A stretch of DNA of 64,000 nt from an uncultured Rivularia sp. (GTDB lineage: Bacteria; Cyanobacteriota; Cyanobacteriia; Cyanobacteriales; Nostocaceae), in contig OY762007.1 in assembly GCA_963665115.1 (NCBI GenBank), positions 4,960,001-5,024,000 of the forward strand, in the 5' to 3' direction. Made by a program: the position numbers and the translations under genes. Below, one piece after another: positions 40,901-50,296 of this stretch (within the stretch, counting starts at the first letter, position 1; the number at the start of each line of letters is the position of its first letter). Below the pieces are notes generated by a model. The model saw only the letters and a list, made by a program, of their open reading frames with translations, made no database searches and had not been told where the DNA came from.

Positions 40901-40926
40901 TTGTACAATTGTTGAGAACAAGATGA
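37911..40926 (+). CDS. HEAT-repeat membrane protein with C-terminal NACHT-like NTPase, split by a +1 frameshift at 40068-40070
   Basis: Signal/TM, nine 35-aa HEAT-like repeats, TM helices, Walker A GDSGLGKS, Walker B IDICIDG|LNEV across the shift. Confidence 0.82.
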
Positions 40927-41202
40927 TTCAATTTTGGATTTTAGATTTTGGATGCAGGGATTTTAACAACGGATGTTTTTGTTTTGGATTGGGAGTTAGG
41001 AGTTAGGAGTGAGGAGTGAGGAATTAACAGTTATAGTTATTTCTTTGAAAAAATTGGTAGTGCGAGCATCTTGCTCGCTAGTATCGAGCGAGCAAGATGC
41101 TCGCACTACAAAAATTCGTTAAGCATTGATAATTTCTCCCCATCTCCCCATCCCCCCCATCTCCCCCTCTTCCCCCTCTTCCCCCTCTCCCCCTCTCTAA
41201 AA

Positions 41203-41880
41203 TCACTCCCTCAAAACATACCCCACACCACGCACCGTTTTAATCAACCGCTTTTCATCATTCGCTTCCAATTTCAACCGCAAGTAACGCACGTAAACTT
41301 CAATGATGTTGGAGTCTCCCATGAAATCGTAACCCCAGACTTCTTCGAGGATTTTATCTCTGGTTATGACTTGTCGGGGATGTCTGAGTAAATATTCGAG
41401 TAAATCAAATTCTTTGGCTGTCAATTCAATTAATCGCCCGTTTCGGTAAACTTCCCTAGTTCCACGGTTTAATTTTAAATCTTCAAATTCTAAATTATCT
41501 TCGCTATCTTCGTTGGATTTACTGCGAATGCGTGCCCGTACCCTCGCTAATAATTCTTCTACACTGAATGGTTTTACTACATAATCATCCGCACCCGCAT
41601 CTAATCCAGCAACGCGATCGCTAACTTCGTCTTTAGCGGTTAACAAAATTATCGGTACTTTATCTCCGGTGCTTCGCAATCTCCGGCAAATTTCTAAGCC
41701 AGTCATTCCGGGTAGCATCCAGTCTAAGAGGATTAAATCGGGACTTGATTCCCGCGCCATAGTCAATCCGGTTAATCCGTCATTCGCAACGCTGACTTGA
41801 TAACCTTCAAAACCCAACTCTAATTCGACAAATTTTGCTAGCTTAACTTCGTCTTCTACAAGTAAGATGTGCGGTGTCAT
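41203..41880 (-). CDS. OmpR-family response regulator
   Basis: [46 protein letters not shown]. Confidence 0.95.
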   Translation of the reverse strand: MTPHILLVEDEVKLAKFVELELGFEGYQVSVANDGLTGLTMARESSPDLILLDWMLPGMTGLEICRRLRSTGDKVPIILLTAKDEVSDRVAGLDAGADDYVVKPFSVEELLARVRARIRSKSNEDSEDNLEFEDLKLNRGTREVYRNGRLIELTAKEFDLLEYLLRHPRQVITRDKILEEVWGYDFMGDSNIIEVYVRYLRLKLEANDEKRLIKTVRGVGYVLRE

Positions 41881-42124
41881 AAAAGTAAAATATTCTAAAT
41901 ATATAAAATTGCTCTCTGCTGATTCTATGTATATATCATGATTTCTGTTTAATAATTGATGTTACAATAACTTCGCTTTTATCTGAGTAAAATTATTGTA
42001 TATTATTTATATTTATTGGAAAAAATATTGATATCTACCATCCAAACACTAGTATGCGATAAGAAAGTATTCTAAAATTCAAAAAAATTAATAATACTAT
42101 TAAATAATTAATTAGGAATCATCT

Positions 42125-43381
42125 ATGTTGTTAGAATCTGATTATTCACAGCAGAAACAGCGAACTTTAGAGGTTTTATCATCTCTGAGTTACCGCAATG
42201 GAGAGCTTAAAAAATTTTTACAAGAAATTGCTATTAGCGTTAGTAAGTTAATTACTATTGATTGGTCTGTAGTTACCTTTTGTCAAGGGGATTTCGACAA
42301 AATTCTTGCTAGCAGTATAGAGTTAGATGATTATGAAACAACTTATTCATTGCATGGTGTTGTCACTGGAACGGTAGTAGAAACAGGAAAAAGCCTTACA
42401 GTTGATGATACTAAAACCTGTACAAAGTATGGTGCAGTACCGGAAGGATATCGTTCTTATTTAGGAGTCCCTTTACGCACTTCCCAAGGAAAAGTTATCG
42501 GTACAATTTGTTCGTTTCATCAGCAGCCACGCAAATATAATTCGGAAGAAGTTGCAATTGTTGAATTATTTGCCGAGCGTGCGGCAACTGCAATTGATAA
42601 TTATCAACTTTATCAGCAACAGTGCAAATTTAATGAAATATTAGAAGCTGAAGTTGCTAAAAGAACGGAGGAATTAAAAGCAGCGCAAGCCTCACTTGTA
42701 GAAAAAGAACGTTTGGCAGCGATTGGGGAATTTGCTTCGGGAATTATTCATGAAATTCGCAACCCATTCACTACGATGAAAATGGGTTTGACTTACTTTA
42801 AAAAAATAGATAAATCCGAACCTTCTCAGATGCGCGTATCTTTAGCATTAGAAGAAGCAGATAGATTAGAAAGATTGTTAAAAGAAATCTTGCTATATGC
42901 AAAACCTCAAAAGTTAGATTTACAAGAAATAAATCTAAATCAGTTGATAGGAGAAATGTTAGAATCACTGCGAATGATACCAGCAGCAGCCCAACAGCAG
43001 ATAGAATATTATCCCCCATCAACTCAGTTAAAAGTAATGGGAGATAAAGATAAACTCAAACAAATTGTAATTAATCTTGTCCGTAACGCTTGTGAAGCTG
43101 TAAGCGTGGAAGAAACAGTGAAAATTCAGCTTGAACTTGAAAATAATTCTGAAGAACATCCTGAGCAAGTATCGATTAACATTTGCAACGGTGGCTCACC
43201 CATCCCTCCAGAAATTTTACCGAAATTGACTCAGCCTTTTTATTCGACGAAATCATCTGGAACTGGATTGGGGCTGGCAATAGTTAAACGCATAGTAGAA
43301 TCTCATAATGGTGAATTGCTAATTACATCTTCCGCAGAAGAAGGAACTATTATAAGTGTAAAAATACCTATTTGCCCTTAG
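42125..43381 (+). CDS. GAF-domain sensor histidine kinase
   Basis: YLGVPL....G.VIGTIC GAF, HEIRNP H-box, NLVRNA, PFYSTK..GTGLGLAI. Confidence 0.93.
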   Translation: MLLESDYSQQKQRTLEVLSSLSYRNGELKKFLQEIAISVSKLITIDWSVVTFCQGDFDKILASSIELDDYETTYSLHGVVTGTVVETGKSLTVDDTKTCTKYGAVPEGYRSYLGVPLRTSQGKVIGTICSFHQQPRKYNSEEVAIVELFAERAATAIDNYQLYQQQCKFNEILEAEVAKRTEELKAAQASLVEKERLAAIGEFASGIIHEIRNPFTTMKMGLTYFKKIDKSEPSQMRVSLALEEADRLERLLKEILLYAKPQKLDLQEINLNQLIGEMLESLRMIPAAAQQQIEYYPPSTQLKVMGDKDKLKQIVINLVRNACEAVSVEETVKIQLELENNSEEHPEQVSINICNGGSPIPPEILPKLTQPFYSTKSSGTGLGLAIVKRIVESHNGELLITSSAEEGTIISVKIPICP

Positions 43382-43665
43382 CAATAAGCAGTAATATCTT
43401 CACCACATTCATCAGCAAGATAGCACAAAGCTTTAAAACGTAAAGTAACAACTTGCTCGTAAAGAGGATTTAATTTACACATTGGAGGAATGTGAAATAA
43501 CTTGCGACCAAAAACTACGACATCGCGTTCAAAAGGACACTGTGCGGGAATCATTTTGCACAGAGAATGAGCTAATTTAGGATTGCGAACTTCTTGAGAA
43601 TCTAGCCATTGACGAATAGGAGAAAGAAAGTCGGATTGAGATTGATTTTGAGTAAAGCTTGTCAT
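43378..43665 (-). CDS. Mo-dependent nitrogenase C-terminal domain protein
   Basis: IPAQCPFERD......LFHIPPMCKLNPLYEQ...LRFKALCYLADECGED. Confidence 0.9.
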   Translation of the reverse strand: MTSFTQNQSQSDFLSPIRQWLDSQEVRNPKLAHSLCKMIPAQCPFERDVVVFGRKLFHIPPMCKLNPLYEQVVTLRFKALCYLADECGEDITAYC

Positions 43666-43980
43666 GATTTTTACCAGTTTATTTAATAGTAGAGCCGGGA
43701 ACTTTAAATCCTTTTATATATATAAATAGGTGCGGATTTAATCAGTTATGCATTTCTTTCCAACGAACACCTATAACTACATACAGCTATTTGAGGGTTC
43801 CGGATACTTCAACGAGAAAATAATTGTCAGATAATTGAAATATTTTGAAGAGTGAAAACTAGCTAATTCATCCAATTCCTTGTTAATGAATAAATAGTTA
43901 TTTAGATATTTGTGAATTTATCTATCAAATTTAGATCAATTTTCATGCCGTTTCAATCAAAACTGATACATATTAATAAT

Positions 43981-44268
43981 GTAGAGACGTAGCAGTGCTA
44001 CGTCTCCCAGTATTTAGATTTGTAGCGATTCGGTTAAATATAGCGCTTCCCGGTCTATCGAGGTACATCTTAAAACCTCACCCCCAACCCCTCTCCTTAT
44101 TAAGGAGAGGGGAGATAAAGAAAGCTGTACTTCACCAGATTGAGAAACGCTATAGTATGGGAATCTTATCTATTGAAAAAACCGGGTTTCTAGTGGTTGA
44201 TTGTATTAATTCTGACTGATTCGTTTTCCCCGTAACGTCGGGAGACGTAGCACTGCTACGTCTCTACA
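43981..44268. repeat. Nested repeats: inverted pair of GTAGAGACGTAGCA.TGCTACGTCTC palindromes around a MITE-like element (44039-44154)
   Basis: 43981-44008 and 44240-44267 are reverse complements; another copy at 435-460; inner element ends TATAGCG...GAGGTACA / TGTACTTCAC...CGCTATA. Confidence 0.75.
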
Positions 44269-44405
44269 ACCTGTCAGAATTAATCAAACAGTTAACTTTA
44301 AGCTTTAAAACTAATATATAAGAACCAATCAATAAGATAAGATAGCAGCGTAGACGGCTGTTTGCCGAATATCACCCAATAACCAGCGACAAAGCAATAC
44401 TGAAG

Positions 44406-44795
44406 ATGCCCAAGTGGAAACTTGTTACCGAATTTACTTTTGATAGCGCCCATTACATCAAAGATTATAATGGTCCTTGCGGTAGGATGCACGGGCATAG
44501 TTATACAGTACGGATTGAAGCAATTAGCAGCAAATTACACTCCTCAGAATACTGTCCTCATCCAGTAATGGTTGCTGATTTTAGAAGCTTACGTTGGGCT
44601 AAAAAAGATGTGACAAAAGGAGGATTAGATCATTGCGTTTTAAACGAAGTGATGCCTCCAGAATATGAAACCACGGCAGAAATGATTGCTAAATATATAT
44701 ATGACGAGACGAAGAAGAAGTTACCAGAAGGCGTAAAAATTAAAGTTGCGGTATCGGAAACGGCTAACTCTTGGGCTGAGTATGAGGATGATTAA
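44406..44795 (+). CDS. queD: 6-carboxytetrahydropterin synthase
   Basis: F.FDSAH....Y.GPCGRMHGHSY, LDH..LNE, TTAE, VSET. Confidence 0.88.
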   Translation: MPKWKLVTEFTFDSAHYIKDYNGPCGRMHGHSYTVRIEAISSKLHSSEYCPHPVMVADFRSLRWAKKDVTKGGLDHCVLNEVMPPEYETTAEMIAKYIYDETKKKLPEGVKIKVAVSETANSWAEYEDD

Positions 44796-44831
44796 GGGTT
44801 GAGCTTTATCTAAATAGAAGTCGATGGAAAT

Positions 44832-45827
44832 ATGAAAGGTAAAACCATCAGGATTTTTTTGGTTGAAGGAACACCAAATAGTATATTAACAGCAGAAATA
44901 ATCAACTGGACGGGTAAAGTAATTGTCGCACCGCGATCGCAACTTCCTGAACTAGCAAAACGTGAAGAAGCTAAACGTACAGGTGTTTATATTTTAGCTG
45001 GTGAAGATCCAGAGAATGCGCTTAGAGAAAAAATATATATTGGTGAAAGCGACAATGTTTTTAAAAGGTTAACCGAACATAATAAAGACGAAAATAAAGA
45101 TTTTTGGACTCGAACAGCATTGATTATTAGTAAAGACGAAAATTTAACAAAATCGCATATCCGTTATCTTGAAAGCAAATTGATTCAGTTAGCACAGCAA
45201 GCTAGAAGAGGAACTATTAATAATAGTACTGCTCCAGAAACTCCTCCTTTACCTGAATCTGATACTGCTGATATGGATTTTTTTCTATCTCAAGTTCAAA
45301 TGTTATTACCAGTATTAGGGTTTTCGTTTACTCTACCTGCACCAAGTCCGATTCCTCCGAGCGAATCAATAGATGAAAATAATAATAAAGTTAAATATCA
45401 AAATCTTTCGCCAACATTTTTTATGAAAGCATCAGGAGCAGAAGCAAAAGCTCAAGAAATCGATGGTGAATTTATTATATTAAAAGACTCAACCGCACGA
45501 AAAGAAAGTGTAAAATCTTTATCTAAAAGAAGTCGCGAATTACGCCAACAACTGATTGAAGAGGGTAAATTATTTGATAATCAAGATGGGACTTTAGTTT
45601 TCCAAGAAGATGTTTCTTTTACAAGTCCTAGTGCAGCAGCTGATGCTATTTCCGGAGCAAGTTACAACGGACGTACAGCATGGAAAACTATAGATACTAA
45701 TAAAACTTATAAAGAATGGCAAGAAGCACAGATTGAGGAAGCTGAGGAGCATACAGGTATTTCCGAGAATAAACTTAGTCTTTTTAAAGAAGAGAATAAA
45801 GATATTTCTGCTCAGTATTATAGTTAA
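44832..45827 (+). CDS. GIY-YIG nuclease family protein with DUF4357-like C-terminus
   Basis: GVYIL...IYIGES.N...RL..H...KDFW, YLES.LI; F.SPSAAA..I.G...NG...WK. Confidence 0.85.
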   Translation: MKGKTIRIFLVEGTPNSILTAEIINWTGKVIVAPRSQLPELAKREEAKRTGVYILAGEDPENALREKIYIGESDNVFKRLTEHNKDENKDFWTRTALIISKDENLTKSHIRYLESKLIQLAQQARRGTINNSTAPETPPLPESDTADMDFFLSQVQMLLPVLGFSFTLPAPSPIPPSESIDENNNKVKYQNLSPTFFMKASGAEAKAQEIDGEFIILKDSTARKESVKSLSKRSRELRQQLIEEGKLFDNQDGTLVFQEDVSFTSPSAAADAISGASYNGRTAWKTIDTNKTYKEWQEAQIEEAEEHTGISENKLSLFKEENKDISAQYYS

Positions 45828-45859
45828 AATAATATAGAAAATAATATATCAGATATCCA

Positions 45860-46837
45860 GTGCTTCCCTTCCACCTCATCCCCCATACAACAGCAAAAAA
45901 CAACAATTTAACCGAAGTATATCAAAGCGATCGCGGTATTCTTTACCAAGGAGACTGCTTAAATTTTTTATCTTCTATTCCTGATGAAAGCATAGATATT
46001 GTATTTGCCGATCCACCTTTCAATCTTGGTAAAAATTATGGCAAAGGTGTAAGCGATAATTTAAAAGATAATGAATATCTTACATGGTCAAAAAATTGGC
46101 TGAATGAAAGCGTTCGTGTACTAAAACCAGGAGGAAGTTTATTCGTTTTTAATTTACCTAAATGGTGCATTGAATATGGTGCATATCTCAATCAAAAAGG
46201 TATGCTTTTTCGTCATTGGATTGCTTGTAGAATGCCGAAAGCTTTTCCTAGAGGTAAGCGAATGTCTCCTGCTCATTATGGTTTAATTTATTATACAAAA
46301 GGAGAACCGGCAGTTTTTAATAAAGTTTATACACCAATACAACTTTGCCGACATTGTAGCGGTGAAATTCGGGATTATGGAGGACATCGTAAGAAATTAA
46401 ATCCCAAAGGTATTAACTTAATGGATGTTTGGGATGCTCCTGAAGAAATTTGGGAAGATGCTTCTGCTGTTGATAATACGGAGCAAACCTGGACTCAACT
46501 TGAGGAAGTATGGAGCGATATTCCCCCAGTACGTCACCGTAAACATAAAAAAAGAGGAGCCAATGAATTAGCTCCAATTATGTTAGAGCGTATTATTGCA
46601 ATGGCATCAAATCCAGGACAAATTATAATCGATCCTTTCGGGGGTTCTGGTACTACATTTTATGCCGCTCAAAAGCTGCAACGTTATTGGTTAGGTACGG
46701 AAATTGGTGATACTTCGGGAGCAGTTCAAAGATTAAATGATTTGAAGAATGGTAAGTTTGAAGAATGGGAATCCGCAAGAGGTAAAAAAAATAATAAAAT
46801 TCAAACAGATTCTCGACAATTAGATTTATTCTCTTAA
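45860..46837 (+). CDS. Beta-class amino-DNA methyltransferase (M.BamHI-like)
   Basis: FADPPFNLGK catalytic motif precedes DPFGGSGTT SAM motif; convergent with a BamHI-like nuclease. Confidence 0.88.
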   Translation: MLPFHLIPHTTAKNNNLTEVYQSDRGILYQGDCLNFLSSIPDESIDIVFADPPFNLGKNYGKGVSDNLKDNEYLTWSKNWLNESVRVLKPGGSLFVFNLPKWCIEYGAYLNQKGMLFRHWIACRMPKAFPRGKRMSPAHYGLIYYTKGEPAVFNKVYTPIQLCRHCSGEIRDYGGHRKKLNPKGINLMDVWDAPEEIWEDASAVDNTEQTWTQLEEVWSDIPPVRHRKHKKRGANELAPIMLERIIAMASNPGQIIIDPFGGSGTTFYAAQKLQRYWLGTEIGDTSGAVQRLNDLKNGKFEEWESARGKKNNKIQTDSRQLDLFS

Positions 46838-46852
46838 GAAAATAAGTATATC

Positions 46853-47446
46853 TTAAATCAAAGCACGACCATCTGTTCCTTTAGTAATTGTTGGTACATT
46901 ACTATCTATTGCATCATGCTCTACAACAAATACTTCTAAGAATCCTTGTTCGAGATTAACAGCCCGCCAAACATCAAAGTAAGGTTCTAATTCCTCATAA
47001 TTACCAATTCGATCGGTAAGGTAAGCATAAAGTTTTCTACTAGGAAGCACCAAAGCTGAACCTAAAAAGACTCCTCTTAAAAGTCCTAAAACCATTTTAT
47101 TCACAGCGCGGTGACTGGAGGAAATATTCCCAGTTTCCCATTCAAGAGCAAAAAAATCACCATTCAACCTTTTGGTTGCATCTACTCTTCCAGGTGAACG
47201 AGTAGCATAGGTAATTTTAGTTTCTAGTTCCCAACCAAAATTTTCTTGAAGAGCAGCCATACAAGCATTTTTAATCGGTTTAACACCGTTACCATGTCGT
47301 GCAGGATTAATCGTAAAGCTTGATGTACCAACCGGGTAAACAATCAAATCAATAGCGCTGCGGATTTCGCTTTGAATAACAGACCATTCTTGAGACTTTT
47401 CAAAGTCACCACGACTAATTAGCGATACCTCTTTTATGATTTTCAA
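46853..47446 (-). CDS. BamHI-family type II restriction endonuclease
   Basis: NGVKPIK, ALEWETGNISSSHRAVNKM, YLTDRIGNYEEL.PYF, KGTDG resemble BamHI. Confidence 0.85.
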   Translation of the reverse strand: MKIIKEVSLISRGDFEKSQEWSVIQSEIRSAIDLIVYPVGTSSFTINPARHGNGVKPIKNACMAALQENFGWELETKITYATRSPGRVDATKRLNGDFFALEWETGNISSSHRAVNKMVLGLLRGVFLGSALVLPSRKLYAYLTDRIGNYEELEPYFDVWRAVNLEQGFLEVFVVEHDAIDSNVPTITKGTDGRALI

Positions 47447-47624
47447 GGTTTGTGAATTCTTCTACTCAATCACAAAAGTGTAAATTTATTCAAGTTTATT
47501 TGCAAGCTAAGGTAGTCAAATTATCACTGGGGTAAAGTATGCTTTCGTAAGGCTATTTATTCATAAAGTTTCGTAGCAAGGAAGCAAGGAATAAATTCCT
47601 GACTACGAACCCATACATAAGAAT

Positions 47625-47901
47625 TTAAATTGATTCATCAAAAAAGAAGCGCGTAGCAATTTCAAAGGCTTCCCTTGAAGTTACTATCGAATCTTTACCG
47701 CTATGGCTTTTATGGATAAATGTTCTTAATGCCCCTGGTATTTGAGCATAGGTTTGTTTGACTAATCCATCAGCTACGATTGTAATTCGTTCCATACTCG
47801 TTTGCGACTGAAAACAATCGGTTTGCGAAGGATGCTGCTCTCATGTCATAAGTACGATAATTAGTACCAACTATAGTTAGCAATCTTTCTAAAGGAAAAT
47901 A
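47625..47901 (-). pseudogene. Frameshifted internal gene fragment (possibly alpha/beta-hydrolase-like)
   Basis: Reads FPLERLLTIVGTNYRTY...YGTNYNRS, then after one extra base DGLVKQTYAQIPGA.RTFIHK.H.G.DSIVTSREAFEIATRFFF; family recalled from memory only. Confidence 0.45.
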
Positions 47902-48622
47902 TTTGTGAAAATATTTTGCATGTGTGCGAGTTCTTGAATAAAGTTGATTAAACGCACAAGTGCCTTACCATAAGTTGTAAATGTTCTATCGTTTAAATCG
48001 TAGTAGCGAAATACCCAAATCGTTTAACAAACATCGTCTACCGATTCAAGCAAATATAAAGCCATTGCTGGATCGATAACTACTAATTAAAATAATAGGC
48101 TGGGAAGTTCGTGTAGGTTGAGACGGGAGCAACTCCTCAAAAATTAGTTATTGAATTTAAGTAGTTTATCTATGACTTTTATACCTAAAATAAATAAGCT
48201 TGCGTATTTACTCTTAAAAATATATGTAGGGTTGCATTAACAATTATTAAATTTAACTACTATATAGCAATCCGTTTTTATTTTTGAATAATTCGTAGAG
48301 GTTAGGGAATAGGGTTGGGGAGAATAAGGAACAGAAAATGTACGCTCGTCTTATTCAAAATTTTGCGAAGTAATCCGATATAAGCACCAATCTTAGTTAA
48401 GCTGAAAATTGGTATTTGTTTGAAATTGATTTAATTAGACTAGTCTTTTTATTGTCAATCGGATTTTCCCGTAGGAAAACCACACCTACTAAAGCAAACT
48501 TTTATATCCATAAAGTCACTTTTGGAGGTTAAGCTTTAATAAAGTAGCTTTTTATTACAAAAAGTGAAAACTAACTTTCAGTTCCTGTTAACTTTTTAAT
48601 TGCGCTGTTTGAGAAACCCCTA

Positions 48623-49339
48623 ATGCTAGAGCGAATTTTTGATTATCTTCAATATAATTTCAGCATTGAAGCATCTATAGTCCTACTTATTCTAATTTTT
48701 CTGGAAGCCATTCTATCGGCAGATAACGCGATCGCCCTTGCAGCCATTGCCCAGGGGCTTGAAGACAAAGAACTCGAACGTCAAGCACTCAACTTCGGTT
48801 TGGTCGTTGCATACGTGCTGCGAATTACTTTACTATTGACGGCTACTTGGGTACAAAAATATTGGCAGTTTGAGTTAATCGGCGCAGCTTATTTACTATG
48901 GTTGGTATTTCAGCATTTCACCACTGATAAAGAAGAAGATAGCGAACATACCGCCCGCTATGCATCGCTGTGGCAGGTAATACCGGTAATTGCCTTCACC
49001 GATTTAGCCTTTTCTTTGGATAGCGTCACCACTGCGATCGCCGTTTCAGATACGAAATGGTTGGTAATAACAGGAACCACAATCGGCATTGTTACCCTAA
49101 GATTTATGGCAGGTTTATTTATCCGTTGGTTGGATGAATTTGTCTACCTCGAAGATGCAGGCTATATTACCGTCGCATTCGTAGGTTTGCGTTTGTTATT
49201 GAGAGTAGTCAACGAAGCTTTAGTTCCACCTCAATGGGTAATAATTACTGGTATTGCCATCGTCCTAGCCTGGGGATTTTCCAAGCGCACAGATCCCACA
49301 ATTGCCGAAGAAAGCGAAAAAACAGAAGTAACTAATTAG
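48623..49339 (+). CDS. TerC-family membrane protein
   Basis: LEAILSADNA, DLAFSLDSVTTAIA, LRFMAGLF..WL. Confidence 0.9.
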   Translation: MLERIFDYLQYNFSIEASIVLLILIFLEAILSADNAIALAAIAQGLEDKELERQALNFGLVVAYVLRITLLLTATWVQKYWQFELIGAAYLLWLVFQHFTTDKEEDSEHTARYASLWQVIPVIAFTDLAFSLDSVTTAIAVSDTKWLVITGTTIGIVTLRFMAGLFIRWLDEFVYLEDAGYITVAFVGLRLLLRVVNEALVPPQWVIITGIAIVLAWGFSKRTDPTIAEESEKTEVTN

Positions 49340-49453
49340 GAAATTGGGCATGGAGAATTGGGAGTAGTTAAGGTTAAAGGTCAAAATTATTTTTGTCTTC
49401 CCCTTGTCCCTTTGTCTCCCCTCTCCCCATGTCTAGAAAATCTTAGCTGTTAA

Positions 49454-49915
49454 TTATTTAGAAAATTTCTCATTCAACCAAGGCATAACTTCTGGCTGCC
49501 AGCTGACTAATTCATCATTGCTGAACCATAAGGAAATTTCTCTTTGTGCGGTTTCGATAGCATCGGAACCGTGGATAATATTACGGCCAATATCAACTCC
49601 GAAATCACCACGGATAGTTCCGGGTTCTGCTGTTAGGGGATTGGTTGCACCAATCATCTTTCTCGCAGCAGCAACAACACCTTCACCTTCCCAAACCATT
49701 GCGACAACCGGGCCGGAAGTAATAAATTCTACTAAGCCAGCAAAAAACGGTCTTTCTTTATGAACGTCGTAATGGGATTCAGCTAATTCCCGGCTAACTT
49801 TCATGAATTTCAAACCAACTAAAGTAAAGCCTTTGGTTTCGTAGCGGCGAATGATTTCACCAGCTAATCCACGCTGTACACCATCGGGCTTAATTGCTAA
49901 AAATGTGCGCTCCAT
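49454..49915 (-). CDS. ndk: Nucleoside diphosphate kinase
   Basis: [31 protein letters not shown]. Confidence 0.97.
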   Translation of the reverse strand: MERTFLAIKPDGVQRGLAGEIIRRYETKGFTLVGLKFMKVSRELAESHYDVHKERPFFAGLVEFITSGPVVAMVWEGEGVVAAARKMIGATNPLTAEPGTIRGDFGVDIGRNIIHGSDAIETAQREISLWFSNDELVSWQPEVMPWLNEKFSK

Positions 49916-50296
49916 CACTATCTCCTATAAATTAATGAATCTATCACTTGTTAGAATGTCCGTCGCGATTCGTTTTTTGTCAATACTCAAATTTAGGGAA
50001 TTGGGAATTGGGCATGGGGCATGGAGAATAGTAGGAAGTTAGGAGTAGGGAGTAGGGAGTAGGGAGTTAGGAGTTAGGAGTAGGGAGTAGGGAGTAGGGA
50101 GTTAGGAGTAGGGAACAGTTATTTAATTTTGGATTTTGGATTTTGGATTAAAATCTTTTCTCCCAATTACCAATTACCAATTACCAATTACCAATGCCCC
50201 AATTGCTCCAAAAATTTATACCTTGCGTATCTTCCCACACAGACTCGAATGCGTTAAATTGTAATCTCGTGGGTGAAGTACGAAGGTGACTAGTAA

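Noticed and set aside
43378..43665. Nitrogen fixation cluster
   Set aside because: Stand-alone small domain widespread in cyanobacteria; no nif genes present
44406..44795. queD next to R-M genes as a 7-deazaguanine (Dpd) DNA modification system
   Set aside because: No dpdA/tgt-like, queC, queE or folE gene nearby
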